A stretch of 61,989 bases of DNA, filler included, from Platydemus manokwari (GCA_037951405.1; 5 parts of 5 records of this genome joined end to end with filler, not necessarily neighbours in it); one strand, 5' to 3'. Positions 38,065 through 51,746 are shown, numbered from the whole stretch's first letter. Translations and numbers: made by a program. The notes: a model not told the origin generated them from the letters alone.

Positions 38065-39778
38065 ACGTCAAAACGAGAGTTCCAAGGTGAACATTCGCAT
38101 TTCTGTGTGATGTTCATCTTTACTGCACATAAGTTTCAAACTAGGTAAATGTAAGACCAAGATTTACCAACCAAGAAATGTACGAGATAAAACTAATAAC
38201 AAATCACTAATATATCCTTAGAATTAACTCATTCTAATAAGTAATACAAAGAATCAGTTTCAATAAAGATTTCCGGGTATTTACAAAATTAATATAATTA
38301 AAATGAACGGTCTTTATTATTCCCTCGATTTCTTTCTTCTTTTTAATCCATTTGGAAACTTGAAAAGCACTGATTGTAACATTGATTTGGAAGGGTGAAG
38401 AAATTATATCCAATTAATTTTTGTTGACTAATTTCAAATTATTTACAATTTATTGATATGGTTATATGAATTCCAGAAAACCTTTGCAAATTTTTTAAAT
38501 ATCACTGAATTAAAACAACCAATTTAATAGATGTTAAGGAAGTTGAATTTTCTTTTAAAAAAGAAATATTTCATTTACAATATAATTCTTTTGCAACTGA
38601 CGTAAAGTACATGCTTTACGTCTGGGTAGTCTTCTTTATTTGGATTTTTATTTTTAATTGTGTTACTGAGCCTTTTGTTGAAATGCATTCCCAAATATAT
38701 ACACTAATATCGAAACAAGGACAGTTATCTGACCAAAATGAAACCAAGCCAAAATATTTTCTGTGGTGATATGTTATATTTTTTCAGGAATTCTTAAGTA
38801 AAATTTTCTGTGTGCTATAATCATCACTGGTCATTGTCTTTAAAAGTCTTGATTTGTCACCTATTCTTTATATTGTGATTATGCTACAACCATTTAAATG
38901 TTCTATTTCTATTTGATTTCCTTGACTTGTCGTTAATTATAATTGTCATTCTAGCAGAGGTTGTTAATTTCTTGGACATAGTTACTTTATGAAATTTCGT
39001 TAAAGTTTGTGCATTGTGATCTTATAAAACATCTTATAAAATAATTACAAATCATAAATATAATTATAAATTTCAAGTAATTGGAGACAAACGATTGCAC
39101 AATCAAATTTTATGTTAAGATATTATTATTAATAAAGCATATTATTTATTTATCAACCCGCTATTTTTTTCCAATTTAGAATACAATTCCTCGAACACTG
39201 TTAAGCATTTTTCCGAATATACTTTCAAAGATTACATTTAATAAATTTAACAAATTTTTATTAATAATAAAATGTTTTACTGAAATAGTATCTAAATTTT
39301 TCAAATTGTTGAAAATCTAAATTTATTATACAATAAATCTCCATTAAAATAACAGATGATAATAGTTCCTTGTAAAATTCTCTGGTATCGATTTGACCAA
39401 ATTGATGGATGACTACATTTATTTAAACAAATTTCGTCGTAAAACACAGGTTTCCAGTATACAATTAGATGAAAGAGTTCACAATCATTTCAAAACAAAA
39501 CTAATAAATTTACTATGAAAACGATTTCCTTAAATCGATACACCTGACTATTGTTTATGAATTGAAATGAATTTGCATAGGCTGAATTTTTTGACACTTC
39601 CCAATGAGTTGGAATTAATTAAATGGGTTTTATAGATCATATTTTTATATATATTATATTGGTGTATATTGAAAACATTTTCTAGTGATCCCTTTGTTAA
39701 ATAACAATTTGATTTTTATCAATAATGAAAATACTTATCATTTATTATCAAAATACAATACGAGAAAGGGACGATAAA

Positions 39779-39883
39779 ACACACACACACACACACTAAT
39801 ACACAAACACAGACGCGCATGCACACACGCACTCGCACACACAGAGATTGAGAGACAGGCACACAGATACACACAGAGACACA
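39779..39883. repeat. Degenerate (CA)n microsatellite
   Basis: acacacac... with interruptions. Confidence 0.9.
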
Positions 39884-39933
39884 TATCACGTTCTTTATTC
39901 TCAAAAAATACATATACATGTACTGATAAGATA

Positions 39934-40033
39934 NNNNNNNNNNNNNNNNNNNNNNNNNNNNNNNNNNNNNNNNNNNNTTAATTAATTAANNNNNNNNNNN
40001 NNNNNNNNNNNNNNNNNNNNNNNNNNNNNNNNN
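39934..40033. other. Assembly gap with TTAATTAATTAA spacer
   Basis: 100-bp N-run with central spacer. Confidence 0.95.
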
Positions 40034-42956
40034 TGTTTAAATGATTTGGTAAAACAAAAACTTTAAACAACTAAAAAACATGAATAACTTTTGACTCAGC
40101 CTAATAATCTTCTAATTGAAGATTTTGAGAACCAATTTGATGAAGTGAGGTTCATTTCAAATGAATCAAACTGGTCTATCATTTTTAAATTCTGTTTGTC
40201 ACCATCATTGATTTTATTTGAGATGAAACAGCTTTCATAGATTAATGAGATATTTCACTTCAGTTATTTATATTTCATTATTTATTTTCTACAATTTTTG
40301 ATTGATATCACATTCTTATGTTTAAAACCAAATATTTTAGTGAAATTTATTTATAAAATCATGGAAATTTTTATGTCTGAATTGTCTTTAACTTTATCAT
40401 TTTATGTTTTGTTGTCAGAGAACCTTTATACTCTGATCACAAAACAATACAATAATAATCTCTGAATCCATTAATAGTTATTTAACTTTTTCAAAACTTT
40501 GATATTTTCAAGATTTTACTTGATGGAAAATATTATTTTTTCCTTCGAGCAATTAGACTATTTCCTTCAATATTCAATTCAATCTAACGAATTCTCTGTG
40601 ATATTCATTTTTCATTATTATGTTTTACAAAAAAATTAAGTTTAACAACAATCAACTTGGCTCTCCAGAATAAAGACAATATTTTGATATTTCCTGGATT
40701 TTTACAAATATTAATCCAAACAACTTTATTTTATTAAATCACTTAAATTGATAGAAAGGGAATCTAAGATTTTTCTGATCGATATAATTGTAATTTTAAT
40801 TGATTCTCAACGATTTCGTAACAAGACAAAAATGTTTTTTGAAGTTTGAATTTTCAATGCCCACATAAGTCAGATAAATTAATGTACAAGATCGAATGAA
40901 AATTTAAGAATCTCGATCTATGGACAACCATGACAATGAAAAAATTAAGGTATTTATATGAACATTAAAAAGTCATTTAAGTTTGATTATCTGATTGACA
41001 ATTGTGTTGGTTTCAAAAGAATTGAAGATTGCAAAAGATTTATTTTCACGACACCTTGCTAATCAGCACTTGTACTACCAACTCCAATAATCATTGAAAA
41101 CAGTCAACAAATGAAATAAAATAAGCATCGTACAAATCGGTTTCCAACTGGCGGTTGGCCATGTTTACATAGTTTTGTACGCTTGAGATTTGTGTGTAAT
41201 TCGTCTGTTAATTTTGTTTGTTAAATTATGAATAAAAATTCATACTCTTAATTCGCCTGATTAATGAATTTGATAAAAAAATACCAATATAATAAAAACC
41301 AATAAGAGCTCATTCTATTGAATAGAACAATGACAACCATAAACAATCATCATAACCCAACACTATTATTAATTTCGATAATGGGAAGGTGAATACTATT
41401 GACCATAAAAAATCTATTAAACACATCTTCAAAAATCTTAAGAACTTCGTTATTTTTTATTTTAAAATTAGATTCTCAAATAAATTAATATTTGATCATC
41501 TATATTAATAATTTAATAAATTAGTTATTTGAGAAACCAGATAACCAAGTAGCTATGCATATTCTTATATTTTACTATAACATATTCTACTTATTATGTT
41601 CTACTTAATATATCCATCATTATTGTAAGAACACTAAATAACAAAATCTGAAAATCAATTATCTACAATTTGATACTAAATTTGTCATGATCAGTTTAGC
41701 AGATAAGCAGTTGTAAAGATTTAAGTCATAAAATATTGCCATTGAGTTAGCATCAGAAATTTGTTTTCGAATTTGCCAATTCAAAATAGATATTTGGAAT
41801 TTAATTCGAAATATAAATGTAAGAAAATTAGTTACTTATAATAGTAAATAATTAAATAGTATTAAAATATTTCTAATAATTGTTCAATTGTCTTGACACT
41901 TGGTCTGCACTAAATTAATTTAAATTTAACTAATTTTAGAATTAATTAACTTTTTTCAATTTTTAACTATTGTGTGTCATTATTATTTCAATAATATTTA
42001 AAGTATAAGATTAACAATACAACGTATATCAGTTGACAAGTCAGATGAAAATATTTGTGATTTAATAGATTAGATTCCTGATAAAACTGTTGACGATCCC
42101 AAAAAATAATATTAGATAGGCTCTTTGCTAGTGTCTTCTTATTTCTTTTATAATAACTAAGTTTTGAGAATGTTCATGCTGTATGTAATGTGAATTTGAT
42201 GTAATGTGAATTTGAATGCAATCTAGTTATATTCAAAATGGCAAACTACAATAGAACTCACATGTTGTGCTACAGTGGGGTCTTCTATAGTAGAACGTAA
42301 CGCATACCTGAATTCAGTACGTTTACGAGATATAAGAAATCTCTATGGTGGGTATAAATGACCAATATAAATACTTCTGTTAAAGCTTTTCTTTGAAATT
42401 CCACCACTACTTTTGAAACGATTTTAAGACAAAAATCTATTGTTTGTAAACATTAATATTTATTTCCCTTTAATTGAAAATTATATATCTTTAATATTTT
42501 TATACAGTTTATATTGTTTTTAAACACACTTTTACTGGAGACGAAGCATCGAAATAAATATTGCTGGACGAAGGCAACAGCTGTTATCAGAGTATCTGTC
42601 TAAAACCTTGTTTGAAAGTATGGCGAGTGAAACGTAACTGAAATTAAGTTGCTATGGAAACCTCAAATAATATTATATATGAAAATATAAAATGAATAAA
42701 ATAAAGCAAATCGGAATAAGAAAATTGATAAATCTAAAAATTATAGTCATGTGGATAATTTCAAAGTTTAGAATAACAATGACACGATCAATTTTACAAA
42801 GATCTCGAAACAACATGAATTTTAAGATTCTAGCCGAAAAATTTTATTGTAAAAATATTGATAAAATTTTAACAGCACATTAAAAATGAATCTAGAACCT
42901 TTATGGAAAAAAAGAAAAAACAATAGTAATATACAAGTGATCTAAACTTAAAACTG

Positions 42957-42957
<1 letters not shown>

Positions 42958-42987
<30 letters not shown>
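42958..42987. repeat. (AAT)n microsatellite just downstream of the TTC14 stop codon
   Basis: Read directly from the sequence. Confidence 0.9.
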
Positions 42988-42988
<1 letters not shown>

Positions 42989-43056
42989 CGAAATCCATAA
43001 TTACAACCAATTGTACAAAAGGAAAAGCTATAATACGCAATACATATCCATATATT

Positions 43057-46000
43057 TCACTGTTTCACATTGTTCTTTAATTTAGAGATGAATTCTTCGA
43101 TCTTCCGAATTTCTTCGTCGGCGGCTTTTAATTTTGAATTTTCCACAACCCTACATATTCAAAAATCGGTAAAAATTCCAAGAGATGATAAGAAATATCA
43201 AGTAAATAAATGGTTCTATATGTGGTTCCTTTATAAACAGTATTAGTTTTATAATTGACAAGATGGCAATAACAAAAGTAAAACTGAAGACACGTTGATA
43301 GCATAAAATCGAAGTAGTTGAAATACTATATGTCAGAGGTAATATCGATTAATTAACCCCCAATTATTCCATATGAATTCATTCATTAAAATGATTGGAT
43401 AAAAATTATTTTGGCAGTACACGACCAAAATTTAACACATTTAAGAACACCTTCATTGTGTATGGCTTGCGTGATCAATAATTTATAATTTTATCAACAC
43501 TAATCACGTATGAAGTGAACAATCAATTGAAATAAATTTTTAATCTGGAAATATAAACGGATATGTGTTGTCAATAAAATGGAGATTCTTGTTGACATTA
43601 ATGATGTGAAATAAATTGAATATCATGGAACATGATGATTGGTCTAAATAGTTTTATCAAATAATCCCAGCAATCGATTCAAATCAAAATTATCAAATAA
43701 TAATAATGGCAATAATAATAATAATGGCAACAATAATAATAATAATGGTAATAATAATAATGGCAATAATAATAATAATAGCAGTAATAATAATAATGAC
43801 AATAATAATAATGGTAATAATAATAATAGCAATATTAATAATATCAGCANNNNNNNNNNNNNNNNNNNNNNNNNNNNNNNNNNNNNNNNNNNNNNNNNNN
43901 NNNNNNNNNNNNNNNNNNNNNNNNNNNNNNNNNNNNNNNNNNNNNNNNNNNNNNNNNNNNNNNNNNNNNNNNNNNNNNNNNNNAATAATGATAATGGCAA
44001 TAATAATAATAATAATCGACAAACCTTGAAATATTGGTTCCGTTTAATTGGCTTACAGGAGCAAGGGTGGTCTGAAAATATAAACAAAGTCATTTGGAAG
44101 CAACAAACCGAGTGCTTGAAATATATATAAATAATATTAAATCAATAAATAGCCTCACTAATATAAATGAAATAAGCATTTAAGATATCAATAATGTTAA
44201 TATAAATGGTGAGAAATGTTCTAAAATCGATAATAAATAATAAATGGAAGTGAAAATAAGAGAGAAATAAATAAAATGATCACAAAACTGATGAACAAGA
44301 GAATAAAAATCAAACTAAATAGATAACGAAGACAATACCAAGTCCTTTGTGTCTGTGACGTTGTCATGGTGATTATGTAAGGATGAATGGTGGTGGTGGT
44401 GATGAGAATAATGGTCCTTCCTCTTGCTAACATCATTTCCAATGTTGTAATGCTTGTTATTTCTGACCACAGGGCTGTGAGATTGACTGAAAGATGACAG
44501 CTGCTTGTCGTCACATTGAAGATTACAATTAATGGACTGGTTAAGATCAATTGATTGCTGATGTTTGGATCGGTTGTCATGGTGATGAGATCTAGATGTT
44601 TGATTTGCGATATCTGGCTGTGATATTGATGATAGAGATGAATTCTTCTTCCGTTTCTTGTATTCAGGTGTAAAAGATGATTGTGAGGATTGTGAATCGA
44701 AACTGCTATCACTGGAAATCCGTCTCTTGCTTGAGGATTTTTTGGATTTCTTGTGTTTCTTCTTTTTCTCTAAAATGAGATCAATTCTTATAATGCAGGA
44801 GAAAATGTGTCAAAATAACCAACGTTGTTTGGTCTTGGTGGATATCAATGATTTCGAGCTGAAAACAGTAAATGCTTATCAATGCCAAACCCACAATAAA
44901 ATCCAAACCAAATCGACAACTCCTCGTCAGATATCACGATGAAATTATTTGGGTTGGAAATATCAGCATTGGAATGATTCTGGATTTCCTTTTCCAAAAC
45001 CATTTGTTTCTTCAATAATATTTCAGCTTCCTTCATCTCACCTTTAGGCAGGCTGTTTTACGTGCGTGAAAAAATCATTAAGCGATAAATCGGCCATCAA
45101 TATGGGGGGCAAAATGGATACCTTTTACTATACGCTAAAACGGTTTTGTTCAAATAAACTGACGCATTCTTGTGATTGGGTTCGATCTTGACAGCCTTTT
45201 CGAGATCTTCAATCGATAATTCAAATGATTTCAATGTAGCTCGGCTGTAATAATTAATCATCAAATATCCATCAAAGCTGTCGAAACAATCGAGTTGACC
45301 AATCAAATAAATGCTTATTAAAGTGGGGAAACCCTATGGAGTTGAAGCGATTAGATTCAGCTTATCGGTTTGCTAAACTCCATCAGTTCCATGTGTGATT
45401 TATTTTCATTTTCAAAATCAGTATAAATATTCATAAACAAAAATCACTCAACCGTGAAACATATTATTCGTCAATAGGATCAAATTGTAATATAATTATT
45501 TTAATCGTTGATCATTGGTTAAAATTAATTATTAAATGATAATTATTAATACACTGATTTATTTTCGACCTATGTTCAATAAATTTAATTCTTTATTTTA
45601 ACAATCATTTTAGACATTTTTCATTGGTTAAAAATAGTACGATAATTTTGATTGGTTAATTTACATTACTATCAAATTCTTCAAATTTAATTATTACTGC
45701 ATTATTTATTGATGAGATATACACAGATATTACACAATTATTCATATAAAAACAAATCTTACAGTGCACCACGAGCAACAAGAGCGTCAACATTGGAGTC
45801 ATTGATAGATAATGCATGGTTATAACATTGAAGCGCTTCATTAAATTTGTTTTGTTTGAAATAATCTACTCCTTTTATTACACTGATCAAACAAATCCGC
45901 ATTAAATATGAGAAATATGACACAAAAATACAAACAATTTTTTAGATTCTTTCATCAACAATGTGTTTCGAAGCATTTTTGCCGTTTCGTCTGGTTTGAT

Positions 46001-47002
46001 TTCAATTCTAAAATGTTAAATTTTCCTTATGGAAAAACAGGCCAATCATATTATACTTGTTGACAACATCCAATAAACTGAAATTGGTGGTTTTCAAACC
46101 ATAGACTTTTAATTTATCGTGTATTTCTAACGAATTTGATAAAGATTGAATTTGAAACATATCATAGAAGAAGTTTGGAGGATGATTATAATCTTTCAAT
46201 TTTCTAATTTTATAATTACTTATTGACAGTTTTCAATAAAATAAACTTACGAGTAATAAGCTGGTAACTTTTCACTAGGAATAATACCCTGTTAATACGT
46301 AATTAATAATCAATTTATTACCATAAACAATATAATTTTAAATAACTAATTATTATTAAAATTTTTATCAAATAATTTCATAATTAGTAATTTAAAATAT
46401 TTAAGACAAATTAACTGAAACTAACTAAATCGATATGCTTAAATTTATTAGCCTTGTTAAGGTGATTCATCGATAATTCAATATTTTCATTTCGTGTAAC
46501 ATTTATAACAATACCTATAATTTAAAATAACCAATGTTTTTAGAAATTAGCTTTACTTTTCACTAAATCCCCACGTCTAAAGGACTGAATTGAACAACCT
46601 GGTAATTCATTTGATGAACACGTTGCCTGGCACATATGTAAAAGAATTTAAGCTAAATTTCAATTCAGCTTACAGGAATTTTTAAATTGTATATATCACG
46701 AATAATTGTACCCATAGTACATATTAAACAAATTTCCAATTTCGACGCTAATATACGAGATATCAATCCAATAACTACATCTCCATTTTTGATATCCTAC
46801 AATATCATATATTATTTAGAAAGGCTATATAATAGACCTCGTAGAACTTATGGATTTTCAGACGATTTGGTATTTGCATAAAATACTCAAATGGATAGGT
46901 ATCAACTAATTGCTGGTTCAAATCAGGAGTATCAACATCCTCGCTCAAACTCGATCGTAAAATTTTTTTGGATTTATCAAATATAGTTGCTAAATTTTGC
47001 AT
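43057..47002 (-). CDS. TTC14: Tetratricopeptide repeat protein 14 (S1-like OB fold + TPRs + low-complexity S/K/H-rich tail); about 14 exons
   Basis: Exons 47002-46838, 46796-46674, 46626-46557, 46514-46426, 46288-46251, 46203-46057, 46007-45936, 45882-45763, 45244-45122, 45052-~44909, 44858-~44824, ~44768-44339, 44071-44025 and 43150-43057. S1-like DIKNGDVVIGLISRI...FRRGDLVK. TPR VIKGVDYFKQNKFNEALQCYNHALSINDSNVDALVARGAL...IEDLEKAVKIEPNHKNASVYL matches TTC14. The junctions at 44.77-44.91 kb are uncertain. Confidence 0.88.
43696..44016. repeat. AAT-based minisatellite, unit about (AAT)4-5 + GGC/GGT/AGC, spanning an N-gap in the last TTC14 intron
   Basis: aataataatggc aataataataataatggc ...; N-run 43850-43983. 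Confidence 0.9.
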
Positions 47003-47662
47003 AATAATGACTTAAAAATCCATTCAAGCAGTAAAAATTAATAAATAACTACTATAATTAAAATGAATATATAAACAAGACATTTAGTTTTTGAATAATC
47101 ATTTTAATTTTGATTTAAAAATTGAGTGAATTATTTGATTCTTGTCAATTTTAAAGATTAAAAAATTTAAAATCATGATTTATTTTATAAAATTGTTTAA
47201 AGTTATTATTTTTATATGAAAAATTTTTAATGTGTTCATTTAAAGAAATTTGTATTAATCTACTAGCTACAAAAAGAAGACTAAAATATCTCTTTTAAGA
47301 GCTATCTACAAATGAATTTTATAAATAAGTTAGTAATTCTTATATATTCTTAAGTTAGGAATTGATATAAAACAATCTCCTTGAACTATTTAATTAATAT
47401 TTTAAAATTATTGTATGAGATTTAATTATAGCTTTTTAAATGAAATAAATTAATATTATTTTGATAATTATTCAAAATTTCCTTTTGATATTTATAATAA
47501 TTCTGAAAATTGCTTGACTCAATTTTTAAAACTTTTCAATATTTTAAAAATTACTAGAGTCACTAAATTTTAAAAGATAAAATGACTTTGTACGACATGG
47601 ACTTGAAAGTTGCGAAGTCAATTTAAAAATTTGTTTAAATATTAACGTCGGCATATTTTGAA
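47003..47662. promoter_or_regulatory. Putative shared bidirectional promoter region of TTC14 and NOC4L
   Basis: At most 660 bp separate the divergent start codons. It may also hide extra 5' NOC4L exons. Confidence 0.45.
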
Positions 47663-49114
47663 ATGATTTCTACTACTGGCAATGCTTTTGATGATTTAAA
47701 AGTAAAATACTTCTAATTTTTAATATCTTAGTTAAAATCTAGGCAATTTTAACAAAAATATTTACAAGCGACAGTGAAGATATAGATATAATTTTGTCTA
47801 AATTCAAGTATTTAGATGTCTGTTATTATGTCATTGGTTATTTGACAAAAGAATTAAGTAGTCCGAAAAGTCAAGTAGGTCTGGCAGTCTAATATACTGA
47901 AATTTCATTCTTTTTGTAGACTCCTGAATTTTATCAGAAAGTCTTTAACATTTTATCGAATCTTTTAATCGATGACTCTCATATAAAATATAGCAACAAA
48001 GAAGCAAAAAGTGATTATTTGAGTTTTATTATAAAACTAACCCTTTATTAGAAAACAAAAAAATCAACATCAAAAATGTGTCACAGTTGTATAGAAAGTT
48101 ATGGTTGAAGTTTTTAAAATCTCCGGTATTTATATTTTTCATTTTAATTTTGCTTAAAATTGAAATTAAATCTTCTAAAAAAAATATATTACAACAATTT
48201 CGAATAAATTTTAAAGTCATTTAACTATTATAGATGCCAGAGCATATCAGACTGGATGCCATTTTAACATTTAGTGATGAAATTTTGGATCAAATTGATG
48301 ACCCGAGTTCATTCTGTGATGTTATGATTACATCCTTTGAGAAGAATCGTGAGTCAGGAATCATTAGTTTTAGAGGGATCTTTAAATTGATGTTGCTTAA
48401 TCAAATGTAGTAATGTTTTGTAGTTACTGAAACATTTTATTTATAATCATATAGGCATTATGAAGAGGTTTATGATGTTCTTTTTGAATATATTACCGAA
48501 GATATTTTCAAATCGCCGTATTGCGCTAGAGTTTTCGATGATCTTGATAGCATCCTCTCTTCTAGGTAATTTAAATCTCAATTATGATTGTTTTAATCGA
48601 AATATGGTAGAACTATGGTACATAGCATTGCATCAAAATTCATTAGGCGTTTGGCTGAATTGACACAATTTGGGGCTCGAACTCATCATATACCAATGCT
48701 GGTGAGACTGATTATTAACTTGTTAAAGAAACATACTGGAACACAGACATTGATCCATGATACAAATAGCCATGGAGATGAACATCATAAGAGTTTATTA
48801 GAGATTAAAGATCTTCAAAACCATTTCGATGGTGAAATTAGAACGCTTGCCCAAGAAATCAATTCCAAATTGAATGACAAAATTGACAACACAAGACCAT
48901 CGAAAAGTATTGAAAGTAAAGAAAAGGTAATTTTGGGAATGTTTTATGGGACGATTATGTGTTGATTTTTTTTAATAATATTCAATTATAGAAAATCGAC
49001 AGTAGTCGTGAAAGAATCAAGAAAGCAGTTGAATCATTAATGGGGAACAATTGCAGTTTACCAGAATTAGATCCGATTGAACATTTTGGAACATGTTCTA
49101 TGGGACTGTTTTAG
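47663..49114 (+). CDS. NOC4L: Nucleolar complex protein 4 homolog (CBF/Mak21 domain); at least 8 exons, 5' end uncertain
   Basis: Exons 47663-47701, 47743-47874, 47920-48010, 48052-48125, 48234-48406, 48455-48565, 48611-48926 and 48992-49114 join in frame (352 aa). Motifs match Noc4: KYLDVCYY, YRKLWLKFL, YEEVYDVL...IFKSPYCARVFDDLDSILSS, IASKFIRRLAEL, IINLLKKH...LIH, SLLEIKDLQNHF. Confidence 0.85.
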
Positions 49115-49849
49115 AAATATATTTACGGTCTTATTTATCTCATGTTTCTGTTTATTGATTTTTATGATGTGCTTGTGTGTGTGTGTTGATTATTAGCAAT
49201 TGTCTATTATAATTGTGTGCTGATACTGGTTAGGTGTTAATTTGAGTTCGAGTATAATTGGATTTCATTTTATATTCGATTATTAAGTTTTAGTAAATGA
49301 GTGGTTTTAATTTGTTCTCTTTCAAAAGTTAACTCTAAACAACCTGGTTTATTTTCACGTCTAAATGTGTTTAAATTTTTTTCGTAATACTCATTGAATC
49401 GATAATATGATTAGGGGGTTATCCATCTATGGATTGTCAGATTTTGCAATAAGTTGATCAAAACAATGTATTTTACAATAGAGCTTTCGCGTCAATTATG
49501 AGGGTGATACACAACATTTCCTGGGAAAAGCAATGAAAGAGAAATATTATGAAAAGAGGAAAAACCGACGTCGGTTAGTATATTTGACACTGAAAAAACG
49601 TTTTTATCAGTTCGTATGGAGATTATAATTGTGCACCTCATGAATATGGATCAGTAATTCCCAAAATTTTCGGGTGTACCGCCTCCTTTTCAGAATAAAT
49701 ATTACTTAGCGCCCCAAACTAACCCATACCAAATTTTTCTAACTTTCAGTAGCAATTTATAAAAAAAATCTTAATTTTACTATCTTTTTCATTAAATATA
49801 TTAAAAAGATATATAAATTAGGTAGGAACAATGCATTTTGAAAGTAAGA

Positions 49850-50190
49850 ACATATTTATTTTACTTAGAATAGATTTTAATACAAAAACTCGAAATTATG
49901 TTAATGAGAAGGGTGAACATGATGTGTTGCTACCAATTTTGTAACATTGGGCTATATTTTCGTCAGAAGTAACCTTAGATCATCTCGATTGACTATCTGC
50001 CAGCGGTTTCTGTTTTTGGTATACAAATTTGACACCGACCCTCTGGATCCTTGCAGCGCCCATTTTGAAAATCACTGATATAGATGAATCAAAATTAATA
50101 ACCAGTTGGTTATTAATAATTGAAGCACTTTCATCCTTTGAACGGACTATGTAATGATACCGTATCTTTGTGTTGTGATTCAAAATCCTT
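49850..50190 (-). mobile_element. Mariner/Tc1-like transposase N-terminal (HTH) fragment
   Basis: IRYHYIVRSKDESASIINNQLV...LADSQSR*SKVTSDENIAQ resembles the mariner HTH plus the D.PRSGRP...T.ENI linker. Degenerate. Confidence 0.4.
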
Positions 50191-50485
50191 ATTAAATTTT
50201 CTTAACTCGTGTCAAAGTCAATCAACAACTTTTTCTGCTCAATATTTACGTTCTACAACTCTCGAAATAAGTTTCAATTTATTTTCAAAAAGAGAAATTT
50301 AGATAACAACCCACCAATCGAAACTTTGTTTACAATCACTTTTATGTGACTGATAAAATTTTATATTTCCAATTCTGATAATTGTGTCAAATAGTTTTGC
50401 CAGTTGTTATCACTTAAACCTAATTTTGAATTGTAAAATTTATATGTATTGTGTGTGTAAAATTTGTGTGTATTTTTCAAAAAAT

Positions 50486-51746
50486 TGTCAGGGTTCTGGC
50501 CCAACATTTAATCCATAACAATCAATTTATATTGGAAAAAATATGTGCGTGACAATACGTATGAAATATGTATTAATTTTTATTGTACCAATTTTTGTTT
50601 AATTAGCATGTATTTTTATGTTTCTACAACTCTTGGATTTTTTTAGCAAAAAACCGTTTAAAATATTGATATTTATAATAATTATTATTTACATATGCGT
50701 AAAATAATAATACCAATTAAATCACCAATAGCAAGAAGATCAAAATTCCCTGAAATAAATTAATTTATAAAATATTGATGCGCAATAAGATATCGCACAT
50801 TAACAGCGACAAATAAATTGTCATCTATTTTCGCGGATGAAAATCATGTCACAGATTAAAATAATCACTCGATTAAATTTAATTGAGAGATATTTGCTCT
50901 GTCTAATAAATTTATTTAGAGGGAATTTCTCTCACCAGTGAATTAATTCTATCGATAAGATAATAAATTCACTGGCATTAGATTTAATGGCTGAAAATAT
51001 CTGCGAGTGATTCACACTGTCTATATAAGGCAGTAATCACGATCAACACTGCCATATAAGAACACAATTACAATTACCCCGTAATTTCACATTTGCATCA
51101 ATTGGAAAGGATTCATCATTTAAAATTTCAATTCGACTCACTGCTGAAGATCATCTGGTGCAGAAGACCAATTCTCCTGTATATGCCCGGCATTTGCTGG
51201 AAGACCCAAAGTAAGACCATAGCTGTAAAATACTGATCGATATTACATTCATATTATCGAGTTTGTTGCTCAAAAATCTTGAAGGTAGTCAGTTTTACTG
51301 CAAGAGTGTGCAGTTTATCAACCGTCATCTTAATTCAGAAGTTGTGAGGTTCGTCTTTAGCGTAATTTGATGTATATAGTGTAGTTTTCATAATCAATCT
51401 GTAACTTTTATTTTAGTTTATGATAATCAGTTGTGTATTGGTGTCATATTTAATAAACATTTGTAGCATTAAATTTTAGTTCTTAACTATATAGGAATTG
51501 TAAAGTCAATTATTCGTAACCATTGTAATATACATAGTTAACAGTTTGAATATGCTTAAGTATTTTGGGACTGATAATTAAGTTAATTAAAATATATCAC
51601 TATTGCCACGCCTATTGTCTTCACACAATAAGGCTGTGCGAGGTGAAGAAACATCAATATAAGGTAGATGACTGATTAAGACAGTAGTGATATCAAATAA
51701 CGTTAAGCTTAGTTAAACAATAAAATTAATAAGTCCGAACGATACA
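50486..51746 (+). mobile_element. Solo LTR, family A copy 3 (Gypsy-like, 4-bp TSD)
   Basis: Starts TGTCAGGGTTCTGGCC and ends CCGAACGATACA. AAAT on both sides (50482-50485 and 51747-51750). Internal CTATATAAGG (~51021) and AATAAA. Homologous to 4595-5485 and 16293-17465. Confidence 0.87.

Larger units (their letters stand above)
36550..40900 (-). pseudogene. Possible decayed Roco/LRRK-like gene (LRR-Roc-COR-kinase)
   Basis: Broken minus-strand motifs in the expected order. LRR-like: LNIEGNSL ~40560, INLVKSIPENF ~39390. Roc-like: DDYSTQKILL ~38810, IFWLGFIL..DNCP ~38740, YPDVKHVLYVSCK ~38610. COR-like: IYPNGF ~37520. Kinase-like: IEKIGNCF ~37255, VNII*VG ~37120, SEVATVSR ~36735. Many stops and frameshifts. 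Confidence 0.3.

Noticed and set aside
43644-44093. Poly-Leu / poly-Ile ORFs
   Set aside because: Translations of an AAT minisatellite across an N-gap; not a CRISPR array (no unique spacers) and not a gene.
44221-44712. 163-aa minus-strand ORF with a TM-like end
   Set aside because: Wrong frame of a TTC14 exon running into an intron; the S/H-rich frame is the one that splices in phase.
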